From contig CM119268.1 in the NCBI GenBank assembly GCA_051294375.1, positions 1,291,218-1,355,217 on the forward strand: a stretch of 64,000 bases of DNA, in the 5' to 3' direction. A model generated the notes under the pieces. That model was not told the origin of the DNA, ran no database searches, and saw nothing but the letters and a program-made list of their open reading frames with translations. Of this stretch, positions 53,167-64,000 are shown in pieces (the first letter of the stretch is position 1; each line of letters starts with the position of its first letter). This DNA comes from Paraspadella gotoi. Taxonomy: Eukaryota; Animalia; Chaetognatha. The position numbers and the translations under genes were made by a program.

Positions 53167-53245
53167 GTTGGCAAAGCGAGACCGTCCTAGGGTAACCGCG
53201 CCAGTGACTGGAGGCGTCACTGAGGGTCGGAAGCCCAAAGCCAAC
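53167..53245 (+). ncRNA. Twister ribozyme, type P5 (3' LTR, copy 2)
   Basis: Core intact, C run of P4 short (probable homopolymer error); predicted cleavage 53193/53194. Confidence 0.75.
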
Positions 53246-53594
53246 AGTGAGATGCCCCATCCCAATGGGCATCACAGGCAACCCGGCTGTTGCCATATTC
53301 TTTTACTTTTCTCAACATGAACGGAAATTCAAATGTGTGTTGCGCCGCAGTGACTTTCTTAGCCCGTCTTTTGTTCTTTATAGTTTTATGATTTCCTGAA
53401 GGCGGCGCAAGCAGTCACTTAGATTTGAGGTTTTTTTCTGTCTTAACAAATGAGCAACTAACTATGGGCGAGTTATGAGCATTTTTAACGTAAGTGGGAC
53501 AGACCGACGGACAGACATACCGACCGACAGACCGTCCGACCGACTGACAGAACGAACGGAAAGTGTCTCATAAAAAATCTCCCACAATTTCTAC

Positions 53595-53796
53595 CTTTCC
53601 GTATTTGGCATCAACGTCCAACGGAATATATTTCCATTTTTCTCCCTGATTTCCGCTGATTTTCCAAATGACTTCTCGATCGTAGATCGTCTCCCCTTCT
53701 ATCACAAGTCCTTGCGATGTCATAACGTCGTCTGTGTGATTGATCCACGGAGCGTACATGTGATAAAAGAAGGACAAGCATCTTCCAGCCGATGTG
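53595..53796 (-). CDS. Gene B MAM domain exon (copy 2): RCLSFFYHMY...IWKISGNQGEKWKYIPLDV
   Basis: CLxFxYHM and LWxxSGNQGxxW are MAM hallmarks; 202 nt, phases consistent. Confidence 0.85.
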
Positions 53797-54073
53797 CTGT
53801 TGAAAAAGCAAAGAAAAATACTTTAAGTCTTTAGCCTTTGCTTAACCAATACAATTTAACATTTTTTATTTAAAAATATTAACAAAAATTAACCAAATTT
53901 AAGTACCGATTTTCCTGCTTGATATTTGGCAACAAAATATCAAAAGTAGAGTAGCCTTCTTCTTGGTCGATGAGTAGGAATTTTCCTGAATGTTCACACA
54001 ATTTCACAATCAATAAACGTGAATCATAGGAGCCAGTCCACAATTTACAAAAACGTCGCTATTTGAACCTCAC

Positions 54074-54307
54074 CTTGGCAAGATGGTCTCTTCGTACAGT
54101 GATCAAACTTTGCCCCGGCTATGCCCGTTAGACTACATCCGGGGCAATAGCACCAATCGCCTCCCGTATCATTATCGGGATTGTAGCAAAAGTTTTCGTA
54201 TTCATCCACGACGGGTTGCGAGTGATTGCTCCAGAGTTCGCATTCAACGAGCTCACCAGTTGCGCCTTGAGTCGCAAAATGCCACGTGCGGTGGAGTTCC
54301 GAACAAT
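54074..54307 (-). CDS. Gene B first MAM exon (copy 2), frameshifted
   Basis: ccaaag acceptor phase 1, AG|GTGAGG donor phase 2 matching the next exon. Confidence 0.65.
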
Positions 54308-55586
54308 CTTTGGAAGGAAATAAAAGAATGAAGCAATCGATCGATCGATCGATCGATNNNNNNNNNNNNNNNNNNNNNNNNNTCGGTGATCGGACAAAGT
54401 CTCAGACTACCTAAAAGTGTTGCGATTCTTCAAAAAAGCGAAATAAATGCTTTTATTGTAATATAACTTGTTGTCTGCACAATGCCGGTCCGTAATTTAC
54501 AGTGTATCTAAAATTATGCATTTCGGATAGTAAGTCGGAAATTCTCGTAGTACTTTTTATTAATTTGAGAACTTTTATAACTTTGTATCAAATTGGTTCT
54601 TTTTTCCCGAAGACAATGAGCATCAGCATCACTATTTCCGACAGTCGCCCCGGTTTGTTATAACATTCATACCAAAGAAAGTTCAAAACGTTTTTCTACA
54701 ACATCACGCCCCCCCTCGAACCAACGGTTATTATTTCTCTTTTAAACGTTTATTACTTGTATTTCAAAATGATGAATCGAAGAGAGAAAAATGTTTATCT
54801 CGCTCTCTCTTTCCGGCACGAACGATTTTTTTTCCTTTTTATTATCGACCAGATTCGTGGAGAATTAAAAAAAAAAAGAAAAAAAAAACTTATGCGCAGT
54901 TGAGTCGCATTTCGTTTTACCGAAGTGTAAAAAAGGACAAGATGAAAGGACAAGATGAAAGGACAAAGATGAAAAGGACAAAGTCAATAGTTGATGTCAA
55001 AATGATTGTGATCTTCGTTGCAAACGTTTGAAACAATACACCAATTTCCGGAAAACAACCACGAAAAGAAAAACGAGGAATGGACGATCTGCTAATGAGC
55101 CTCTGTTTTATTACTTTCTCTCATTCTAGCTAGAATTTATTTATTTTAAGATGAGTGTCGTCCCTAGAAATGTCTAATATCAATTTCAAAAACGGCCTGA
55201 CAATCAACTCCCCCCTCCCCCGCGCGATTGACTGATTTTCACCAAAACTTTCCAGGTCACAATGTTTACCTTTAATTAGTTGCGAATGCTGATCATGCGG
55301 AGTATCATTGCTCAAAAATGATTATCGTTTTTACATTGTCTTTTATGTTTTGGTTTTTGTTTATTTCTTAATTATTTCGTTCGTTAGTTATTTTCACATC
55401 GCCGCATTGTTTAGTTTCGAATTAAAAAAAAATAAAAAGAAATTCGTTCGGCTTCGAGGATCCAAAGGCCAGCAGGTTGATGATGCACGAAGCGGTCGAA
55501 ATCATGGGCGGATTTTGACGCGACCCCATCATCATCATGAGGAGAGAAGAGAGAGAGAGAGGAGAGAGAGAGAGAGAAGGAGAGAG

Positions 55587-55620
<34 letters not shown>

Positions 55621-56482
55621 GAGAGATGAGCAACGAGGCGAAAATCGACGATGGGCGAATATTTTTTCTTTACGAATCATCATCCTGGATCCTCGAGAAA
55701 ACGACCTCGGCCAAAGGAAGGATTTAAGGGGAGGGATTTGAGGGGAGGGATTTAAGGGGAAGGATTTAAGGGGAAGGATTTAATGGGAGGATTTAAGGGT
55801 GGGGTTTGAGGAAAGGAAAAGGAAAAGGAAAAGGAAAAGGATTAGAGGAAAGTATTTGGCGGAGGGATTTGTGGATATGATTCGCAAGTGACGATCATCG
55901 AAGGTTGGATGAAAGTTCGTTAAAAGGTTTAAAAATAAAAATAAAATAATTATTACATATTACGTCTTTGTTGTCGTCGAACATCTTGTTAGTATAATGA
56001 GTCAGTATGTCAGAAAATGTGTCGAGTCGATGAATTTTAATGTACCCATAAAAACATCTTAATTTTAAATAATAACAATCTTTCAATTTTCAAGAGTGTT
56101 GTCTTCGAATCAATTAAGACAAACTTTTATTACTTTTTATCAAAGGCCTCGAGAAATGAGAGTCTATCAAACCAAAACCGATATTCACATTAATTAATTA
56201 ATTAATAAATTAATCACCCAAAATTATTTAAAAAAAAATAAACATGAATGATTTGCCTTTTTTTTGTGCTCGAGCTGTGATTTATAGACGATATGTATTT
56301 ATAAATAACGATTGAAGTTAATACAAGATGAACACGATATACATAGACATTTCTCGCTCAAAACGACATTTACTACGACGACGGACGACGACGACGACGA
56401 TAAATCTCATACAAGTCCGACCACAACTTCTTCTCTTGCGACGTCCTCCACACTCTTCCAATCCTTTCAACGCCATCTTCCG

Positions 56483-59400
56483 TCACGTCAACACGACGTA
56501 CTGTCCCATCTCGTCGGTCTTTTTTCGAATGGAACGATGCTCCATCGCGAGGACCCCCTAGTGGCGAAGTCGCCCCTCGCTTTGGATCGACGCTGCCACC
56601 AAACGGCGACGACGACGACGACGACGATGACGAGACCGCGACCAAGGCGATGACCCAACCGTTGGAATCGCTCGTCGAAGGCTGCGGATGTGATCCCCGG
56701 ATGTGCAGCGTAGAACCTGTGACGCGTTCGCTTCTCGTCCGCCTCGAGGATCAACTGGACGGACAGATTGTAAGCGCCGAAGGATGGAGTCGCACTCGTC
56801 GCAGGCTCCTCCTTGATTCGTCCGTCGACGACGGAGATCGAGCCTCTCGTCCAGTTGCCTCCGCGCAGGCGATCGTCGAGTCTCAAACTTCGTCGTCCGA
56901 CTGCAGTTTCCGTCGGGAATCTCGACGCAGGCGCTCGTCAACTCGTCGGCCAATCCCATGACCTTCGCCTCGGTCCAACTCGATGGCGAACAAAGTCATC
57001 CGGACCACGAGGAACATTCGCGTTTCCGGTTCCGGCAAATTCTTCGGCAGAGAAAATCTCGCACTTTTCCCGGCAATCCAACTCTTTTTCCGGCGCTGGA
57101 CTAACTCCACATTGGCCTTGTCATAAGGAAATAACAAAAAGTTATCACTTTTTAATTCTGAATTTCTAAAATTCTAATTCTAAAATCCCATTTAAGTATT
57201 TTTGTAAAACAAATTTTCGTTTTATGTATCTCTGGAGGATATTTTTAACATTATTTTTTTGGTTTTTCACCTCGTAATCGCAAACGAGGCCGTAATAGTT
57301 TTCCCTGCATCGACAATCGAACGATCCCGGCGAATTCCGGCATTCGGCGCCGTGTCGGCACGGACTCATCGAGACGCATTCGTCGACGTCTTGCAGAGAT
57401 GCTCGATCTCCGCCTTCGATCTTCCTTCCCATCGAGAGGCGTCATCGTTGAGTCTCGTTTGATTACAGACGATCACGACGCCCCTCTTCCGTCGCGTTGT
57501 ATCCCTCGCGCAGGACAAGGAGCACGAGTCTCCGTCGCTCAACTCTCCCGCGTCGACGGAACAGTTGAAGGCGACTCCTCACGAAGGGAAGTTCGAAAGG
57601 AGCCTTTCGCAGGTGGAGTCGACCGTCGGCGTCACGAACCCTCACGTCCTTTGTCCTTTTGTTCGCAGGTGAAATTTCGTTCTCCTTTCGGCCAAAATCC
57701 TCGGTCGCAGAGCAGACGACATTCCTCCCGCCATTTCGATCCGCAGGCGTCGAGGTTGGCGTGGTCGACGCTCAATTCTCCGCTAAGGGTTAAAATTCTA
57801 CTTAAATCTAGGAACACGACACATTTTCATGCATTGTATAAAATTATTAATTTCAATAGCAGTGCCAATTACGACTCTAAAGAAATTAAAGGTTTCTGAT
57901 TTTCGTTGTCGTCATAATGAAAGAATCTCTTAAAATTCCTCTAGCAAATTAGAGTTATGCTGAAATAACTTTAAATTAATAGTTTGTTACTCAATGAAAT
58001 TAAATTAATTTTTTTAACTTGCGATCAGCAACAATAGAAAGCCATTGATCGATTTATAGATACTATAAATAGCCAGCGAAATACAAAAATTTTTTAAATA
58101 ATGTTCATGATGGTTGTTATCATGTTAGAATTTGCGTAACTCTGCTATGCAGACGGAGCGCGGTCATCCGTGAGCCACGGAACTGGCCGGTTGTCGAGGA
58201 GTTGAAGAGCTATTCCAGGCGACAGCTGGCGCCGTAGTGGTAGTCTTCGCCCACGGAACAATCGGTCAGAGTCACGTTGGGCGGAACGTGGGATTCGGTT
58301 CAGGCGACAGGAAACGGGCGAACAGGCCAGATCCGACAGGTCCTCGATCCAGTCGCCGGGAGACAGGCCCGGGCTGGCCTGGCCGCAACGGCCCGTCGAA
58401 GGGCCGGAGCGATACAATCCGGGGGCGCAGAGGAATTGGCAGGTCTCGTTGAAGGAAGCTTTGGCGCCGCAGGTGGACCGAGAGGTTGGTCTTCAGCGGG
58501 AGGGCGCATTCTGGAAAACAGGTTCGTATAAAAATCTATATGACAAGAATAAATTAACGAATGAAGTACTAAACAAAATGACAATGAATAACCCAGTTAA
58601 CGGTTGAATAAAGGAGTGAGTGAGTGAATGAATGAATGAATGAATGAATGAATGAATGAATGAATGAATAAATGAATGAATGAATGAATGAATTAATGAG
58701 TGAATGAATGAATGAATGAACTAATGAATAATAAATTGAAGAATAAATAAAGGTTAAAATAAATAAATTAATCAATCAAACAATCAATTATTCCAGTCAT
58801 TCAATAAATTAACCAATCATCAATAAATCAATCAATCAATGAATCAATCAATCAAAGGATTATCATACCCACTGTCGACGCGCAATCTATTCCATAAAAT
58901 CCGTCTATACATTGGTCCGTCTCCAGACAAACTCCGACTCCCGATCGCAACTTCTCTCGCGCATGCGCAGTCTCTCTCGCATTCGCGCCGAATTTCCCTC
59001 GCCGCAGCCTCGGATCGAGCAGTTGCCGAAGGAAAGTTCTAGAGCGTCGAGGGCGACCGATCGGGACCCCGGGGGTAAGTTTGAGACGGAGCTGAAGATG
59101 AGTAAAGGAGTATATTGTCAACCAGTCAGGTTTTAAGCCAGATCAGGTCGGATTCGACAGGCAGGAATTCAGGAAAAAGTGGGCGGAATTAGTTTTGGTA
59201 AGACATGCGCTCAGTCGCCTCAACTGATTATCCAAATTAATATTTAAAATTTCATTATGATATATACCAACATTTTTTCTTTTTTTTGGCGAATTTGATA
59301 GCATTTTTTTTTAATCACATAATAATTCATGTTTGAATAAATTATTATAATAATGTCGAAAATAAAATTCTTGTGGTGGTATATTCACACCACCTCACGT

Positions 59401-61112
59401 CCGTCATCCTTCAGCCAAATCCATTGGCTCAGAGGGGAACACACCATTCCAAGCGTAGTGTTCCATCCACAGTCCTAACGACTTCCCTCTGCGTTGGCAA
59501 AGCGAGACCGTCCTAGGGTAACCGCGCCAGTGACTGGAAGGCGTCACTGAGGGTCGAAGCCCCCAAAGCCAACAGTGAGATGCCCCATCCAATGGGCATC
59601 ACAGGCAACCCGGCTGTTGCCAATAATGGTGAGCCCTACTATCGAACACGCAACCTTCTCAGGGTACGCTATGACAAACGCCTATGCCTGCCGACTTCGG
59701 GTACCTACGACAAACGCCTATGCCCCTGGGGTATCGCTACGACAAACGACCTATGCCCCCACAACTCGCGCTCTTCTCTCTCTCTCCCACTATGGTAACA
59801 GTCTTGGTCAGACACCTCTCAGGCTTGAGGAACCTGAGTGATGTCTTGGCCCGGGATCCTGTGGTGGTATATTTCACACCACCTCACGTCCGTCATCCTT
59901 CAGCCAAATCCATTGCTCAGAGGGGGAACACACCATTCCAAGCGTAGTGTTCCATCCACAGTCCTAACGACTTCCCTCTGCGTTGGCAAGCGAGACCGTC
60001 CTAGGGTAACCGCCGCCAGTGACTGGAGGCGTCACTGAGGGTCGGAAGTCCCCAAAGCCAACAGTGAGATGCCCCATCCCAATGGGCATCACAGGCAACC
60101 CGGCTGTTGCCATATTCTTTTACTTTTCTCAACATGAACGGAAATTCAAATATGTGTTGCGCCGCAGTGACTTTCTTAGCCCGTCTTTTGTTCTTTATAG
60201 TTTTATGATTTCCTGAAGGCGGCGCAAGCAGTCACTTAGATTTGAGGTTTTTTCTGTCTTAACAAATGAGCAACTAACTATGGGCGCGAGTTCATGAGCA
60301 TTGTTTAACGTAAGTGGACAGACCGACGGACAGACATACGACCGACAGACCGTCCGACCGACTGACAGAACGAACGGAAAGTGTCTCATAAAAAATCTCC
60401 ACAATTTCTACTTTCCGTATTTGGCATCAACGTCCAACGGAATATATTTCCATTTTTCTCCCTGATTTCCGCTGATTTCCAAATGACTTCTCGATCGTAG
60501 ATCGTCTCCCTTCTATCACAAGTCCTTGCGATTTCATAACGTCGTCTGTGTGATTGATCCACGGAGCGTACATGTGATAAAAGAAGGACAAGCATCTTCA
60601 GCCGATGTGCTGTGAAAAAGCAAAGAAAAATACTTTAAGTCTTTAGCCTTTGCTTAACCAATACAATTTAACATTTTTTTATTTAAAAATATTAACAAAA
60701 ATTAACCAAATTTAAGTACGATTTTCCTGCTTGATATTGGCAACAAAATATCAAAAGTAGAGTAGCCTTCTTCTTGGTCGATGAGTAGGAATTTTCCTGA
60801 ATGTTCACACAATTTCACAATCAATAACGTGAATCATAGGAGCCAGTCCACAATTTACAAAAACGTTGATATTTGAACCCCACCTTGGCAAGATGGTCTC
60901 TTTCGTACAGTGATCAAACTTTGCCCCGGCTATGCCCGTTAGACTACATCCGGGGCAATAGCACAATCGCCTCCCGTATCATTATCGGGATTGTAGCAAA
61001 ATTTTCGTATTCATCACGACGGGTTGCGAGTGATTGCTCCAGAGTTCGCATCAACGAGCTCACCAGTTGCGCTTGAGTCGCAAAATGCCACGTGCGGTGG
61101 AGTTCGAACAAT
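56483..61112 (-). CDS. Gene B 3' exons, copy 3 (MAM 60884-61112 and 60412-60609, 58869-59091, sushi/cbEGF 57271-58510, TM 56483-57116), contiguous with the unique 5' exons
   Basis: Same exons as copy 2, with indels and an AT-rich insert in the sushi exon. Confidence 0.6.
59493..59573 (+). ncRNA. Twister ribozyme, type P5 (5' LTR, copy 3; L4 lacks one G)
   Basis: Same fold; predicted cleavage 59519/59520. Confidence 0.7.
59982..60062 (+). ncRNA. Twister ribozyme, type P5 (3' LTR, copy 3; minor variants)
   Basis: Same fold with L4 UCGGAAGU and one extra C; predicted cleavage 60007/60008. Confidence 0.65.
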
Positions 61113-61211
61113 CTTTGGAAGGAAATAAAAGAATGAAGCAATCGAGCGATCGATCGATCGATCGATCGATCGATCGATCGATCGATCGATCAATCAATCA
61201 ATAACAATCAG

Positions 61212-61254
<43 letters not shown>

Positions 61255-61530
61255 AAAAAAGGAAACAATTTAAAAAAAATAAACAAATAAACAAATAAAT
61301 AAATAAATAAATAATTAAATAAATTAGAAAATATACAAATAAAAAATAAATAAATACATTAATAAATAAATCACTTGACACGCTAAAAGATTAACCAATC
61401 AGTCACCAATTAAATCAATCAAACAATCGATCAATCAATCAATCAATCAATCATATATAAATCAATCAATCAATCAACCAATCAATCAATCAATTAATCA
61501 ATCTATCAATCAGTCATTCACTCCACTCAC

Positions 61531-61824
61531 TTTTACAAAACTCCACTCTACACTCGATCCTCACGGATTCGTCTTCTCCGCAGTTTTCTTTCTCGCAGCA
61601 CCAAAGATTCCTTCCTTCTCCCGCCACGAATCCGCCGCCGTCGAGCAGCGCAGGAAATCGGCAGTAATTCAGCGCCGCCGCCGCGGAGCCGTCGGAAAAG
61701 ACGGCGTCCGCCAGATCCGTCTTCTCCCAATCAAGGCAGAGGGCGCTATCCGTACGGGCGGCGCCGGTGTAGCGCCACAACGCGATGCCGTCGGCGTCGT
61801 CGGTTTCGACGCCGCGAACGCACT
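61531..61824 (-). CDS. Gene B kringle domain exon
   Basis: YTGAARTDSALCLDW...NYCRFP...LWC...ECRVEFC matches the kringle YxG/CxxW/NYCRxP/WC pattern; A|GTGAGT donor. Confidence 0.85.
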
Positions 61825-62621
61825 CTGGCGGAGAAAAAAAAAAGAGAAGTTAAATTGGAAGTTGATAGAATGTGGGAAACAGTGATATAAATTATCATTT
61901 TATTTCGAGTTTGACAATAATTGCACCAATTTCATATGTTTGTTTGTAAACTTAGTAGTTTAAATCTTAGTTTCAATAAAAAAAAGTTTTAAATTCATAT
62001 TAGACACCTGATTCAGTAACGATTCAACCAAAATCATTGGGTTTCAATAAAAACTATACCAACATCCGATGTCCATTTGTATTTTAATCCAACTAGTTGA
62101 AATTTAAACAACCAATATAGAAATTATCCATTCAGTGCCCCTGATTTTGGACAGGCTTTCGTGGTTTAAGGCCTCCATCACTCTAACAAGAGAATGACAG
62201 CTTTCAATCAAGACTCTCACACAGCCTCGTTTATTCACTCCCAGAGGACCTGGCTTCCCTTTCAATGAAGTGGTATAACATTTCAAAGAATGTTTNNNNN
62301 NNNNNTTAATCCAACTAGTTGTACGTATGAAATTGAAACAACCAATATAGAAATTATCCATTCAGTGCCCCTGACTTTGGACATCACTCTAACAAGATAA
62401 TGACATAGCAGCTACCTGCAAGCTTTCAATCAAGACTCTCACACAGTCTCGTTTATTCACTCCCAGAGTACCTGGCTTCCCTATCAATGAAGTGGTATAA
62501 TATTTCAAAGAATGTTTGTTTTTTAGCTTAAGGCAAACACAACATCGTTCACACTTATTCGTCGCACCCTTCACAGCCCAGCCCCTCACTTCACACTTCA
62601 CAACCCCCACCCCTCACTCAC

Positions 62622-63220
62622 CGACGCCCATATAATTCTCATCGATCTCCAGGTTCATTGATCTATCGATTATCGGCCCCGACGCCTCCGTCGGCTCCAC
62701 TCCGGCGCTGAGAACAATCTCCGGCGTCGACCCGCAACTCCTCGTCCACTCTTCGTCCCCGTCAAAATCGCATCGGCGTCGCTGACACAAAAACGGCGCC
62801 TCTTCGTCGCAATCTCGCGGCGTCACGCAGAGAGAAGCGGCGTCGTTCGATCTCTTCAGTCGCAAACAATCGCGATTCGACGCCGGGTCTTCGTCGAACG
62901 CCGCGGCGTCTTCTTCGTCGCACGCGAGATCGGAGGCGGGAAAAGCGGCGCCCTCCAATGTCATCCAGGTGGGGGCGCCGGGTAAGGTAGAGCGCCGGTA
63001 GACGCCGATCCAGTATTCGACTTTGGAAGAAACGAGAGACGAGACGCCGGAATCGTTGAGGGAGGAAGAGAAGAGGGCGGCGCCGTCCGCTGCGCCGAGG
63101 CAGGATTTGACGGCGCCGCGCCAGGATTGAGGAGTGGCGAAAACTTTGACGCCGATGAGATCGAGGGACGCCGAGAATGGAGTCGGAGATGGTGATAGAG
63201 TCGGGGACGACGAAGATGAA

Positions 63221-63254
<34 letters not shown>

Positions 63255-63359
63255 NNNNNNNNNNNNNNNNNNNNNNNNNNNNNNNNNNNNNNNNNNNNNN
63301 NNNNNNNNNNNNNNNNNNNGACGACGACGGCGACGGCGACGGCGAAGACGACGGCGAAG
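62622..63359 (-). CDS. Gene B exon: Ser/Pro-rich stalk plus C-type lectin-like domain
   Basis: ORF 62614..63411: SWRGAVKSC...YWIGV...CLRL...RDCDEEAPFLCQ; gtacag acceptor, G|GTGAGT donor, phases 1/1. Confidence 0.85.
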
Positions 63360-63667
63360 CTGTACAGAGAAATTGGTGGGACAAATGATGTTTATTGTTT
63401 AAATTCAACAATTTAATTTAATTTAATTCAATTTAATTTACAATTTACAATTTACAATCATCTAAGGATAAGTCACTGAACTTCTTCCCAACTACAGTAA
63501 GCTTTGACTTTGTAAAATCCAATCGAAGATCTAAAATAGTACAAGTAAACTTGATATTCGTTCATTCTCAGCTTTTCGAATTATTCACACAACATTTACA
63601 TATATATTTTTCTAAGTATTTCAAAGTATTTCGAAGTATTTCAGAATACGCGGTAACCAGTCCTTAC

Positions 63668-63719
63668 CTCTCGCCAGCGCGACTGTCAACAAAGTCAAAA
63701 ACGACGCGTACAAATTCAT
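63668..63719 (-). CDS. Gene B first coding exon, signal peptide MNLYASFLTLLTVALAR
   Basis: 52 nt, hydrophobic core and AxA cleavage motif, G|GTAAGG donor in phase with the lectin exon. Confidence 0.8.
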
Positions 63720-64000
63720 TTTCGAATTTAAATTTTTGCCATTAAATTGCGTTGAATTTTATCGAGACTCGAGACTCAGTTCTGACGTCGAAACGGACTT
63801 TGTAACTAAGAATTTTCTTATCTATTTAATTCCTAACAGTTTTTATTCCTTTTTTTTAGTGAAATTTCGGAATTATTCGTTATCTCTTATTTCGATGAGA
63901 AAAAAAAATAGATTACGCGACTCATTAATATGGCAGAAAAAAAAAACAATTTGACCGATTCCAAAGAATTAAGGAAGTTAAAAAAGTTTGAAATACCCAT

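Larger units (their letters stand above)
52560..53297 (+). mobile_element. Non-autonomous LTR mini-retroelement (TRIM/retrozyme-like), copy 2
   Basis: LTRs 52560-52812 and 53046-53297, TTCT flanks, same insertion site as copy 1. Confidence 0.85.
59372..60114 (+). mobile_element. Non-autonomous LTR mini-retroelement (TRIM/retrozyme-like), copy 3
   Basis: LTRs 59372-59625 and 59860-60114, TTCT flanks. Confidence 0.85.

Noticed and set aside
52560-60114. Three independent transpositions of the LTR element
   Set aside because: All three share the same flanks and TTCT site, so they are one insertion copied with the 8-kb unit.

Overview
AT-rich, microsatellite-dense animal genomic DNA from an error-prone, gapped assembly (many homopolymer frameshifts). 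It holds two multi-exon minus-strand genes reconstructed from phase-consistent splice sites. Gene A (38035 to <1) encodes an unknown ~170-aa domain, cysteine-containing LRRs, a second copy of the unknown domain, and a very large acidic tail carrying at least 17 copies of a W-x-E-N-[FY]-D-x-L-Y-x-L-Q-E motif. Gene B (63719 to ~56483) encodes a type I membrane mosaic receptor: signal peptide, S/P stalk, C-type lectin, kringle, MAM, EGF, sushi repeats, cbEGF, TM. The 5' part of gene A is present twice and the 3' ~8 kb of gene B three times (real duplication or uncollapsed assembly). The highlight is a ~740-bp non-coding LTR mini-retroelement (TRIM-like, TTCT target-site duplication, PBS-like TGG) in a gene B intron. 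Its two LTRs each contain a type-P5 twister ribozyme fold with a covarying T1 pseudoknot and a palindromic, probably dimeric P1. It is therefore a candidate twister-based LTR retrozyme, predicted to release a ~486-nt unit-length RNA. No database searches were run; family calls come from motif recognition.
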